A model generated the notes under the pieces. It ran no database searches. It had not been told where the DNA came from and was given only the letters and a program-made list of their open reading frames with translations. DNA of 63,999 nt, filler included, from Catajapyx aquilonaris (taxonomy: Eukaryota), in NCBI GenBank assembly GCA_000934665.2. It is 3 parts of 3 records of this genome, joined end to end, with 100 filler letters (N's around TTAATTAATTAA, not from the genome) between each part and the next. Parts side by side here need not be neighbours in the genome. Positions count along the whole stretch, not along the records: positions 43,614 to 63,999 come from JYFJ02006266.1; 2 more parts are not named here. One strand, 5' to 3'. Of this stretch, positions 47,690-60,800 are shown one piece after another; within the stretch, counting starts at the first letter, position 1; each line of letters starts with the position of its first letter. The position numbers were made by a program, and so were the translations under genes.

Positions 47690-47968
47690 CCGAAGCAGGT
47701 TGGCATAGTGGATAAGGCGTCCGACTGCTAATCGGGAGGTCCTGGGTTCGAATCCCGGTGCCGGCAACTCTAACCGTGGTTTTCTGTGGTTTCCCACGGT
47801 TTCTCCAGGAGAATTCCGGAGTTGTTTCCTAATAAACAGGCCACAGCCGCCCCCTTCCTTTCCTATCCTCTCCCAAAAAAGCAATAATAAGTAAAAATGA
47901 AAGCAAAGAGTTCCAGACCAAACAAAAATTCCCCCCTAAAGAGCCTCCGGCTGATAACGGGGTATGAC

Positions 47969-48013
<45 letters not shown>
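47690..48013 (+). mobile_element. tRNA-derived SINE, family C, with (TTA)n tail
   Basis: 14-bp TSD AGTAAAAATAGAAA; A box TGGCATAGTGG; B box GGTTCGAATCC. Confidence 0.92.
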
Positions 48014-48014
<1 letters not shown>

Positions 48015-48413
48015 GTAAAAATAGAAAACTGATGGTGGTGTGCCACCCCCCTAAACGAGCCGAAGGCTCGTTTAGGGGTATCAATAAAAAAATGATCCAG
48101 ACAGGAAATTAATAAAGGTTTGTTCCCAAAGAAACTTTCTTAAAGCAAAATTGCTCTGTGACAGCTCTCTCTCGCTGCCACTTTCGTATCTACCTCAAGT
48201 GATGACGTTTCCAAACTCAACTGTTTTACTTACACTCAACAGTAGCAAGGTCATAAACATGTGGCAACAATGAAAACTACTGTATGGTGACACGGATTTA
48301 AAAAGAGTTCGGCGGGTGGGGGTGGGGAAACCTAAGGCAGGACGATTTCACAACAATGAGCAACTCCCTACCTCTTGTGGAAGATGTCCTAATATGAAAA
48401 AATCACTATTATA

Positions 48414-49008
48414 TGAGGGAGAATCAGAAAGTAATATATTGAAAACTTTCTTAATTCAGAAGTTTCACTTGAGAAACTGAAACTGAGATATACATATGAA
48501 AGGGAAAGTCTTCCTTTAATTTTAGAAATAGTCACCATACACTTACGTGGATTTGTCCCAGCGGGACACTAGTTTTTCCATAACCCTGCAGAAAAACACG
48601 TCAGACTGGGTGGGAAGCCAGTGGGGGGGAGGGGGGTGGCCTCTTTCACTTCCTCGATGTCGCTGAAGTTCTGACCTGCCAAGTGCTTCTTCATTGGTCC
48701 AAAGAGATGGTAGATCATGGTTAAAACCATCTCTTTGGACCAAAAAAGAAGCCTTCTTAAGACCTCAGCGACATCGACGAAGTGAAAAAGGCCATCCCCC
48801 ACTGGCTTTCCACCCACACTGACGCTTTTTTTCTGTAGTGGTATGGGAAAACTAGTGTCCCGCTAGGACATTTGCACCAAATTGTATAGTGACTGTGTCT
48901 AAAATTAGAGGACGACTTGCCCTTTCATATGTATAATTATCTCAGTTTGTTTCTCTAGTAAAATTTCTGAATTAAAAAAGTCTTCAATTACTTTCTGATT
49001 CGCCCTCG
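48414..49008. mobile_element. Foldback mariner derivative made of two 3' ends
   Basis: TA-flanked; both arms encode the mariner C-terminus (YHLFGPMKKHL...FSDIEEVK...KLVSRWDK); centre near 48718. Confidence 0.85.
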
Positions 49009-52000
49009 TAGAAATAAGCAACATGTGATTCGATTGATTTAGGTGAAAAGAACTGATGGATAAATATATAATTTGAAAAACCCTATACTGCATGCAATAT
49101 CAACGATCAGCGCACAATATGGCAGCTAACTTCCATAGACGAGAGACAACAGTTCGAGGAGGTTTTAAGTCTGCGTTCAAGGTTATAAGTCATATCCCAC
49201 CCTTATCTGAATCCACCAAGTTAAGGTGGTGGGTGGAAAGAGCCACGTAAGCTTGGGGATATCAGTTTGAAGAAATGAGAAGTGCGCAATGGAATGTGGA
49301 TATTGATACATCCTATTGCAGTAAATATATTCGGCATGAAATATCAGTGAAATATAGTAGTTTGAGAGAAGAAAGAGATGAAACGACAAATAAACTTAGT
49401 TCTAATAAGGCTTCCAAACATTTTCTAGCGATTACTTGCTGGAGCCTGTTTTTCAAGCTTTATAAACCGGCATAACACCGAATGGGCCCAGCCCACTTCA
49501 AACGCTGCTCTAAATATGATCCAATACAGTTATGCCCATTCTTGCACTTCCTCGGCTAATGTTATCAACACAAACGTCCTTGTTTGGACTAAATTACTCC
49601 TAGCCAGAAGCACTATTATTTCTGGAACGTGAAAAAAAAGTAGTATGAGTGAAGAATTTTCATTTAGTGCCGCGGCGGTTACTGACAGGATTCTTCTCAT
49701 TCAGAGTCAACAAACTTTAGTCGCGAACCGTAATAAAAGTCCAGTGCTGCGTGTTAATTATTTGCCAAAAAGGAGCTTTGCAACATACCGAGTAGGCCCC
49801 ACCAAATCATGTCGCATTGAGTACGGTTGTGTAGTCCTGGTGCAGGGTTTTTGTAGCCAGCCAAAAACCTCGGTGTGTATGAGCCCACACGAACCACTCA
49901 CGCGTTACATGGCACCCGTGAGAGTGGAAGTGCCTGATTGGCATATGTTGGCCCTCTTTGAGTGATAGATGAATGCAGTATTTTTGAACTCCTGGCCGGA
50001 TATTGATTTCTTTGATCCCGGCTCTATACCCGTGGTTCAGGACTAAATCGGATTTTTCGCCCCTGTTTTATAGCTCTATGAAGTAATAAAGGGGTGGGGG
50101 GGGGGCCTCTGTCTGTTGTTTCCTAGAAGAGAGAGGGAAAAAAAGATTTACTTGGAAATCTCGTACTTACCAACTCTCGCATAATATATTTTGAAAATAG
50201 CGCTCTCTGGAAGTAGATAATAGGATATCGTGTAAATCTCAAGTTACAACCACTATATCTCAATCTTTTTTTGAAGAAACTAAAGTGCTTTTCTGGCGGC
50301 TCGGATATCCCTTTCAGTTCTTGAAATGGAGAGCTGGGATTGTGGAGGACACAAAAAATAGAGAGGACAACTGACTTTGAACAGATGCAGATTCATATTT
50401 GGACAATTGTGGGGTTCACTTCGAATTTATGACGGGCAGTTGAATGTTTCTAGGGACATTGTGGCAGCCATTGTCCAGAAAATATGTAGAGTAGGGAGTT
50501 ACAAAAGGGCACTATCATTAAAGGGCGCATGTTGTTGACGTATGTTGACTGACTTTTTTTTCCGGCAAGTGATATAGTCTCACGTTTATTTTGGCGAAAG
50601 GTTAGCAATATCGATGTCTTGATGGGAAAACTGTGCTTTCGTTTTTACTTGAAAGTCGGAATATACATTTACATGATAGAACATCCCCCGAGCCGCTTGT
50701 AAAGTTTTAATAGCCTCTCCTCAGATTACCTTGGGTATGCCATTCAAGTTTTCATCGTCTCTCAAGCCTTCCATTGTCCTGGAACTCAATAATCTATAAG
50801 GCTGCAGAGTGGAGCACGGAAATTGAGCTAGGCATTTATTATGTACCGGTACTGCCCTCCAACTTAAAAGTTACCCCTCGCTTCCAATAACTACAAGCAA
50901 ATTGATGCAAACACTGTAATAAGAACTCGCATGACCCTGTAAAAGAAGTGCCTGTGCTGTGATAAAAAATGTGACATTGTCGAGGGTAATTATAATATCG
51001 AATGGTTTTAACTTGTAATAAAACTCACTACAGGTAAATGCAAAAGATGAATCAGATTTTATTGCGAAAAATGACATCACAACACATTAATGCATTCCGG
51101 ATGCAATTTTGCGAAGTATGGCATATAACCCCTGTGCCCCGCCATATCTTCCAGTTAGTCGTGGACAGACTGCATTTCCAGGAGTGTCAACTGCTGCATT
51201 TAGCTTTCTGTGTGCACACCCTAACTTATGGCCTTTGTGCTTGAAATGACGCGAAATTGCGCGCCTTTTTCAGGTCTTTGGCAGAGTGCGAATCGAGGCC
51301 AGTCACCCTGAAAAACCGGACTTTAGAACAATATTTATTCCTCTCGAGAACCAATGGCAGCCAAGTTGGGTGTGGGTCGTAGTGGAAAGCCACTTCTTCT
51401 TTCAAATGGCGAAGTTTGTGGCGCCGCCAATCACTGACCTCGCCCACTTACAAGGGAAGGGCTAAAATCAGAGTTTTGAAAAGGGCAGCGGGTTGTTGAC
51501 GGGTTTTCGATTAGGTTTCCCAGTTGGTGGGCCCCTGTGTGCATCAACCCACTTTGCATCTCTACTCCTTACTTTTTCCACACAAAAAAAGTTTAAGAGA
51601 CCAATTTTTTGCAGCTTATTCGTCTTCATAAATCAAGTGAATAAGATATGTGCTTTATGAAAAACTGTATGATGTGCTTTTGTTAGTGTTGGAGAGCCAG
51701 TTAGTAGATGAAGTTTTATTCATCTATTTGCAAAAAAATGGATAGCTGGATAGTACAATACGTACCTGATAGTACGGAGAAAAGAATGAGTCTGGCACCT
51801 CCATTTAACGGCAGTATTCCACATATTATACTCTTCACTGCTAAATTTCATTACGTTCTTGAAGAGAGTTACAGTACTGCGTTAGTCTTGTACTCTTTGA
51901 GGTGGCCCATTTCTTCATTCACAGAGAGCCACTTCAAGCGGAACATGGGGTACATACAGCAGTTAACAAGAAAAATACAGTCAGGGCAAGAACATATTCC

Positions 52001-53558
52001 AGCCGTACTTGTACAGAACATTTGTGGGCAAGCAGACGGAGTAATGATCATTAATTCACAGTCCTCTAGACTTGGCCCAAATGAATTCATACACGCAGTC
52101 GGTTCATATTATTTTTAGACCATCAAGTTCAGAGTGTGGTAATGGATCGGCCCCATACACACTGAATTTCCACAGACGTCAGACGTGCTCGCATTTTGTG
52201 GACTTTCTGATATAAATGGATTCCTCTAGGAGTCATGGTGTAGCCGACTGCAATTCTCAAGGCAAGCAGCGAAACGGGTTGCAATACGTCAGCTGTCGCT
52301 TGAGTCTCCGATTGCAATTCCCGTGAAGGTTTTGGTGCTGACCCGCACAATCGCTTCACAGCAATCGGTTTCCAATAGTCCTCCGGGCCGGAGAAACTGC
52401 GGGTAGCTGGCCTCGGTTATTTACTCCAACAGGGATGTCACTAAGAAATAATAGCCTACAGGCTATACCATTCCGATGCTGATGAATTACGCGGTAGGAA
52501 TTTGATTCCGGTCGCTAACAAAGCTGTGTTTTGAAAATTTACGGTGCCACTCGCACAGGCACATGCACTTTTCGGTCGGCAAAAGGTGTGGTCTTACTGG
52601 CTGGACCAGAATGGGATTTCGGCATGAAACAGTGGCATTAGGGAAATGTTCGTCTCCGGTTCAAGGATTCACGTGTGGGCGCGGTTATATCGTGTCCGTG
52701 AGAACTATGGCAACTGTCGAAAGCCGCTATTCCAATGACACTTCTTTGGAAGAGCTGTCAATAAATCGGCACGCAGAAGTGAGAAGGGAAAGATGTGAAA
52801 GTGAGCTCCCTTGGAAGCATTTTCTCGTTTTTTGTGTCATTTTTTTGAGTCAGAAGGGACGTCGCAGCTCAACACTGCCAAATCTCCTGATGGTATCCGT
52901 ATAACTAGATACGTGGAAACGCATTTTCTTGGGCGTTATGCTCAAGAGACGAAACATACTCAGGAATATTTTTCAACTGAATTCACTCTTTAGCAGTTGT
53001 GTGCAATCCTCCGTACGGAAATAATCGCAATTAAATAAAATATTCGATTAGCTGCTAGTGAATAGCGATGCAGATCGATGCAAAGGGGCGTGGTGGACAA
53101 AAGTGTTTCTGTTCCAATCGCAGTCGAAGCTTCTATTTCCATCCCAGACCTTAACAATATTGGTGTAGACTTCTGCCATGTGTAAAGGCTTTACACAAAT
53201 GCGCCACCAATTAGGACGAAGACATGACTGTATAAGTATAAGATGTGGAGTTGTCGTGTCATAACTTACTGTACATACAATCTTCAATCGGATGCTACTA
53301 ATCTAAATGTAAATGCTTTTAAAATAATTGCGTTTTAACACTTTTATTTAGAGTTGAATTTTGAAGTTCCTTATGGTTTCTTGATTGATGGCAAATACTC
53401 GAGTTTAAAAACACATAACTTACATTTATGTTGGGTTACTTTATTGATAGGAAATCCGGAACAAGAGCTTCATCTTTTTTAAATTAATCTACTTTTTATC
53501 TACTTTAATATAATTTAATATTATTTTATGACAGAACCGGTCTTTCCTTTATGAAATA

Positions 53559-54347
53559 CTAGGTGCAGTCAAAAATTACTTGCGCGTATTTTTTTTAAGC
53601 CATTGCGCATGACATTTACATATTTGTACTTCAAGGAACATGAAATCCAGCCCATGTGGGATTTTTTGAGAAAGGTTTCAAATTTCGCGCTGACCGGACG
53701 CCTGTTTCGCAGCCCTGCAAACAGAGGGCCTTACCGACACTAGCAAAATGGCGGACTTCAGCAAGCCGATCAGCGTGTTGTGGTGAGATTTCTTTTTCTG
53801 CAAGGGAAAAGTGCTCCTGTGATCCTTAAAGACATGCAGGCCATATGTGGGAACTCCGTCATGCCCTTACGGACGATCCAGTTGTGGGTGAAGGAGTTCA
53901 AGGAAGGGCGTACAAGTGTGACGCATTCCTCAGGGGCTGGCCGCCCGTTGACCGCCACAAACGACGCCACTGTCAGCTTGTGGAGGAGCTTGTCATGGAC
54001 GGATTCAAAATTATCAATTGCATAGTCCTGTATCAATTAAAAATGACGGAGTTCCCACATATGGCCTGCATGTCTTTAAGGATCACAGGAGCACTTTTCT
54101 CTTGCAGAAAAAGAAATCTCGCCACAACACGCTGATCGGCTTTGCTGAAGTCCGCCATTTTGCTAGTGTCGGTAAGGCCCTCTGTTTGCAGGGCTGCGAA
54201 ACAGGCGTCCGGTCAGCGCGAAATTTGAAACCTTTCTCAAAAAATCCCACATGGGCTGGATTTCATGTTCCTTGAAGTACAAATATGTAAATGTCATGCG
54301 CAATGGCTTAAAAAAAATACGCGCAAGTAATTTTTGACTGCACCTCG
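53559..54347. mobile_element. Young foldback mariner derivative made of two 5' ends
   Basis: TA-flanked; near-identical arms of about 300 bp; N-terminal HTH DQRVVVRFLFLQGKS...WVKEFKEGRTSV...GRP. Confidence 0.92.
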
Positions 54348-54368
54348 TAGAAAAGAATATTGCATATT

Positions 54369-54940
54369 AAACATGGCGTTTTCCATATATTAATTTTTAA
54401 AATGTGCAAGTTGTTGCATAGAAACAAATATCACCCCGTGAAAAAAATCGTATCTCACTGAATACAAATATATACCGAATTTTTATATAATTTTATAATC
54501 GAACTCATGCTACTTTGTTATACAAAAAATAACAATTAAATTTTCAAAATGGCTTCTTCGAGAAAATATTTATTTTAAGTGTGCATATTGTAGCACAAAG
54601 TTGTCACTTTACAAAAATTTATATCTCACGTATAAGAAATATATACCGGGTTTTGACACTACTTCATTTTATAACATGTCCGTCCTTGTAAAATAAAAAA
54701 TAAAAATAAAATATTTAAAATGGCTTCTTCGAGAAAATATTTATTTGAATTGTGCATATTGTAGCACAATTATAAAAGTTGTGACTTTACAAAATTTTGT
54801 ATCTCACGTATAAAAAATATATACCTGGTTTTGACACCAGTTAATTTTATAACATGTCCGTCCTTGTAAAATAAAAAATAAAAATAATATATTAAAAATT
54901 GCTTTTTTGAGAAAATAATTTTCGAAATATGCATGTTTTC
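54369..54940. repeat. AT-rich tandem repeat, unit about 171-178 bp, about 3 copies
   Basis: AAAATGGCTTCTTCGAGAAAAT recurs at 54546 and 54717, with a variant near 54895. Confidence 0.8.
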
Positions 54941-57592
54941 GCTTGTTGCCATATTTTCACCTCGCATATCTCAACTACACGCGGAGCTAACGAAGGTTTT
55001 ATTTTATAACCTGGAGGGGGTCACCGAATACATCACAAAATATAATCGGCATAACCGTCACGTTTACCATAACGGCGTAATAAATTGCGAAATTTGCCCA
55101 AAATATGCAAGATTGGTGATTTTTTTGCAGGTGACTGTACCATTAAATAGAGTAAATTTATGCATTAAATGACAGTGTGTTATTCCAAAAGCGTGAGTTT
55201 AAAATTTCATGTTGGTTCTCAGAACAGTTCCCGAGATATCCTCATTGAAAGCAATGGGAAAAGCGGGAAAAAGTGCGTCTTCGCGTGATTGTGATTTTGG
55301 TACCCCTTCAAAGAAATATTAATATCTCGATAACTAAATTTAATCTAGTAAAACTGATTGCTCCATAAGAGTTCAGTTGGATGTGGGTTTCACATATATA
55401 TATATATTAAATCGATGACTATGACCTGACACCTTTTTTCACTCACTGGCTGATCTGAAATGGAACCACCCTCCTAACAATATATGCGAAAAAGTTGTGA
55501 AGCGCAGGACAGAGTGTGAAACATTTTTGTTCTCTGAGTGGCGAGTATTATTGTAGGCTCTGAAGACACCAATTTGCAGCTTTTCATGTTTAAAAGGGTT
55601 AGAGAGGGCGCGAAAAACTTTTTAATAGTTATTTTTATTTTATTGGCAATGGTTGATGCTGCCCAATTTTTACAGCAGCATACAGTTGTTAGCACCGTTA
55701 ATAAATTGAACAGTCTCTATTCATGATTCCCTTGTTTTACAGAATTTTAAACCGTTGCCACCTGGTACAACCAGAATTGATTTTACTAAATAATATCACA
55801 TTGCAAAATCAATTATTTTTATTTAATGTCGCTTTTAGCAAACAAGATGAAATTCTTTACCTCAAGAGGTGTCTACCATTGCCATAAATATGAAATGAAT
55901 TTTTCAAGGTTCCATGCACCTCAATGGGGATATTAATGGGAAATTGGCGAATTTCAAATTCAGATTTCACAATATTACAAGTATCAGATGTAGGACTTTT
56001 TTTCAACAACTGTTATTAGGAACAACTTCGACTAAAAACTACTGGTGGCACATGAATAAATCTATCCTGGAACATGTCCTCTCCTTTGGTGTTGGGATCA
56101 ACTACCCCACCCTTTTTTGTCCCCTTTGCTCAGCTTGGTAAACACAGAAAATACAAAAAATTAGGTTACTACGAGTACTGTATAACCCAGGGTCAGGTTC
56201 ATCGAGTCTGTTGGGGGCTAATTAAGTGGCAATATCGGTGCAGGCGCAGGGTTCCTCCCCTGTCATGAGTACAGCAGCGGCCATGTTATGTCGGTAAATT
56301 CAGAAGGCTGGATCAAGGGAATGGCAGCCTTGTTGAGGAGGGGAGGCTCTACGCATACTTCCTTCTGGTTGACAGCGGCTTGGCTTGGAAGGTTGTCGCC
56401 ATGATGAACAACATTTTCGGTGTCCTCCAGACCTTGCAGAATTTCAAAGTCCTCAATAATGAAGTCTGAACCATCATCCAGTTGGTAGGCGTGGGCTGGC
56501 TGCATTTCCTGGATATCCTGCGGAAAAGAATGTCTAGGTTTAGCCATGGACATTATACGTATCATTCTTTCACTAACATCAGCACCTCATCATGATTCCC
56601 ACTTACTAATACACAATGTATTACAACTTAATTGTCCGTAGAGTAGTTAGCTGTTTTTCGCAGTAAGCGGCTTATTATTAAGTTACTCTGAAACAGTTTT
56701 CTTAGGGATTATCAAACGTATTTGCTGTTGATCTTGAGGCAATGAAACTATCCTTTCTGGCCCTTAACTGCAATGAAGTTCTGAGGTTGGGAATGACATT
56801 TTATGAACTACAGGTATCGCGAGATTTGTAGACCCCTTACACATGTATGATACAGGGGTTAGACAAAATAATGGCGGCCCCTGCAAAAAGCGGGTGAATT
56901 TTCTCCTCCATTGTACTCGAAAGGGTTACAGAGATGGCCTGTACTGATTTTTGAAGCTCTGTCGATGTACCCCCGCGAGCATAAAGATGGAGACGGCAGG
57001 CCATTTCTTGACCTTTCTTTATCCGACTCAAATTAATGAACACTTCTTGGACCGACTTAGCTGCATCAGGCGTGTGTTCGTGTATTTATGACAGTATATT
57101 TGATACCGTAATAGCTGCAATTGGCAGAGCAGCCTGCCGAAGGTGAGGGCCTGCCGTCTCCATCTTTATGCTCGCGGGTGTACATTTACAGAAATGAAGA
57201 TGAGACAAAAATGACAAGAGGAGGGAGAGAAACAAAAGATGAACGCTACCCCCCCCCCCCCCCNCCCCCTTTTTGACCAAAGTGTCCCACCCTTTTCATT
57301 TGAAAACGAAAACAGTTACAGATGTGAACTTTACTGAGTTTTGAAGTTATATCGATGTCACTTTGTGTGGTATAGAGATTGACCAAAATTATTATCGACA
57401 GGGGGCGGGGGGAAAAAATAGAAACGACACCCCCTTCCTCGGCACTAAATCTGAGAAGAGGTTGGACAAAGTAATTATTGATACTAAGTTTGGGTCGAAT
57501 TTTCGTCCCACTACTAGTTTCTACTAATCACAATCCAGAATTATACTAAATGTAATTTACATACACACACATACACACACACCTGTTTTCAC

Positions 57593-57884
57593 TAAGGTGT
57601 GGGGACGTAAAAAAGACAACTTTTCAAAGCGAGTGTAAACTAACCTAACCTAACCTAACCTAACCTACCCTACCCTACCCTACCTACCCTACCCTAACTA
57701 ACCTAGGCTGAGAGAAATGGACTTTTGTGAAACCGTGCAAAACGAAATAGTGGGGACATGTCCCCACTGTAACGGTAATATTCTCGTGTGTGAAGCAGTT
57801 TTGCCCTGGACCTAAAATGTCCCCACAATTTGGTCAACGTCCCCAGAGTTACAGTTACACACCTGTTTCCGTCCCCACACCTTA
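57593..57884. mobile_element. MITE-like element carrying a (CCTAA)n tract
   Basis: Perfect 15-bp inverted repeat TAAGGTGTGGGGACG; telomere-type tract at 57640-57703. Confidence 0.6.
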
Positions 57885-60800
57885 TTGAAGACAAGAACAG
57901 TGTTTTTCTGCCCAAGTTGACGGTCCCAACAGCAGAGACAAAAAATATTTTCAGCATTAGTTACACCATCGGTCACACCATCCGAATGCGAACTTCTGTA
58001 CATGCTCACCACAAAGCTTGGGGCTTTCTATACCCTTTTCTGGTACAGTATTTATACATTGTTTACAGTGTCCATCGGTAAATACTGTATATTTCATCAA
58101 CTCATTCCCTTTCATGTTACTGGGACCGTCACCTTGTGCAGGGAACACCATGAAGTGCGAAAGACAATGTAATATTTATTTTGTACCCTTTCAAGCGGAC
58201 AATCTCATGCAAAAGGCTAATTTTGAAAGACTTTTACTCCTATTTCATAATATATTGTAGCTGTAGAATTTTTCGAAATATCTTGGGGTCATTTCCTTTA
58301 AAAAACCTTCATCAAAATTATATGGTTTTTTGGGGGATTTTTATTACCATTTCTAAAATATAGTAATAAGCTATATTTTATTGAAGTAAGCAGATCTCAG
58401 AAGATGAGTTATTTTTATACAACCATGTCTTACCCACATATCGCATACGAAAAATGAAATGTCAGAAGACTGTATTCAATATTTCAATGAACTTGATTCA
58501 AGAAACACTCAATAATTTATGCATAGTCTACTTTTCCTGGAATAGCTCATAATGGTTTTGGTCAGCTAAACACGTAAATGTTACTTGATAGGACATTCTC
58601 TCCCTCTCCTTTTCTCAAATTATCATATCTAAACACCGAATCAATTAGCCTTGTTCAAGATGTACCGGATCCAGAAGAAAGGTAAGGTCCTCTTTTTTTG
58701 ATAAGACATGAGAAAATTCATTTCAGATTCCAATGGCATTGTCACCAGGGAAATGAAAGGGAAATTACCATCGGTGCAGAGCCTAACTGTTGGTCTGGTG
58801 TTTGATGGAGCACCTTTATTTGGGTAATAGAATTTTTAATTAAGGGGCGCTGCATAGCATCATGGGCGATTCATAAACAGGGGCCTGAAAAATCAAAGAC
58901 CGCCTTGAAGCTTCACCTGCAAATTTGTCCCACCGAATAATTTATTCTACGCCTCTCCACGCCTGCACGGATGAATAAAACTCGTTTCAACACTTGCACC
59001 ATTGTTAGGTTACAAATAATAATTTTGAAAGCATTTGTCTGTCACCGAAGGGACTAACGCGACAACATGAGACATTTCCCTGAACTGTGATTGTCGTTTA
59101 ATTTTAACGGCTTTTAAAAGTGGCTGCTGGTCTCAACATATTTTATCAAGGAATTGATACCAACTAATGGGGTTATAAAGAAGTGAACGATGAGGAGCAG
59201 TTGAGATGTGCTGAGTTGCAGTTGATAAGAAGGCGTCCGGATTTTATGCCCTAGTTAGTTCGTTATTTCTACTGAGTGAATAGCTGTTAAAAATGAAATA
59301 GTGGGTGGAAATGTGATGGCCTCTTCAATTATCTTGAGAAAATGGCTGCTGGAGCTTATCTTACTGCCACATGTATGCACAATTACTTGCAAAAATCAAT
59401 AGTGCAGAAAATTATACACGATCGATGACATGATTTTGTTGGGAATTCTCTAGTTTTCACCGCGAGTTAAGAGCGTATAGGTGTGCACTGTACCAAGTAC
59501 AAGGTCCCTTTTACAACCCTTTGGGTGCGGAGTTATTTCTTTAATTTCCGGCCATTCAGCTTTTATGAACATTCTGAAATTTGGCTCCCATCGCGGAAGA
59601 TGAGACGGGTTATATAATGCCGGAGCAGGACACGGCCACTCTTTAATAGATAGAAGGGATCCATTTTTTTCTTAAATCTGGATAATCGTGCCCTGGAGAG
59701 AAGTTCGCACCCTTAGACCATTTCCTGAATAAGCTATACAAGTAGAGACTGTTTGTCCAACTCTTGACCGCATTGGAAAGAAACTACGGGTGGTTTTCGG
59801 CCACGGGGCTTTCCCAAGTCCTCCAAAATCAATTTGACCCTGCCACCAAGTAATGTGTCCAGCCTGCTTTACGAGACAGTTTCTGCCTTCCAGTATAGGA
59901 AAAAAGGGGGGTTGGGTGGGTTAGTACAAAAAAGGAAGAAAAAAAAGAAAGCCCAAAGGGAGTTGTGGCCATGAATAGGCGGATTTATACTGCACCAGTT
60001 TATTGTATTTATTCCACCGCAGTCGCTTAATTCTGGGAGAAACGTAGCAGTAACCATCTGAGACCATTTGGGTGAGTTATGGCAACAGTCCTGTTGAAAC
60101 GTGCAGCAGTACCCGACGTTTATGCAAATTAGGGTGAGGAATTTATGCTTGCATTATGCAACAACAAGTTAAGACGAACCGGTCCTTGGTAATGTTACTA
60201 CTGCTGTGTTCCTTCACTTTTGCACCAGAGGTACGACTTTCAATGGCAAGGATAATTACCCAATTTTAACGGGGAGTAACTTTCTGTTTTATTACAAACG
60301 ACCCTCCTTCTTTTGATTGCCCCTAAAATTTAATACTGCTCCTTTCCGAGTACACTCCGTATGGACGATTCTTTTGTCTTTGTGTAGAATCAGATTTTAA
60401 TGAGGATATGAAGAGCACTATGCAGCGCCTAGAGCGTAAACATCAATATGGGGACGGTGGGCCTTTTATAGGATAACGATAGTGATTATGTACATAATTC
60501 CGTGTTCATTGGCCAGGTCATTCCGGACACTTGCATGCCGCCGTATAATCTGAAATTAGGTTCATTTGCTACGGATGTATCGGTTTTGCTAACAGATTTT
60601 GCGATTGGAGCTGCTAATTCTCTCGTATACACGGGCTCCCCCAGTAGTACAAAACTTGCAACATTAAAACTCGCTCTGGAAATTTGTAAAAAACTAGCTT
60701 GGATGATGACATGTCGAGTCTGAATGTGCTTGCAATAGTTTTAACTACTTGTGTAATTAGGAAACTAACGAGAATGACCTAATCGATTGTATCCTGTATT

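Noticed and set aside
47690..47766. Functional tRNA-Ser(GCT) gene
   Set aside because: The acceptor stem pairs poorly, there is no long variable arm, and it continues into a SINE body with TSDs; a diverged second copy lies at 36684.
57640..57703. True telomere or chromosome fusion site
   Set aside because: The tract is short, degenerate, in one orientation and enclosed by inverted repeats.
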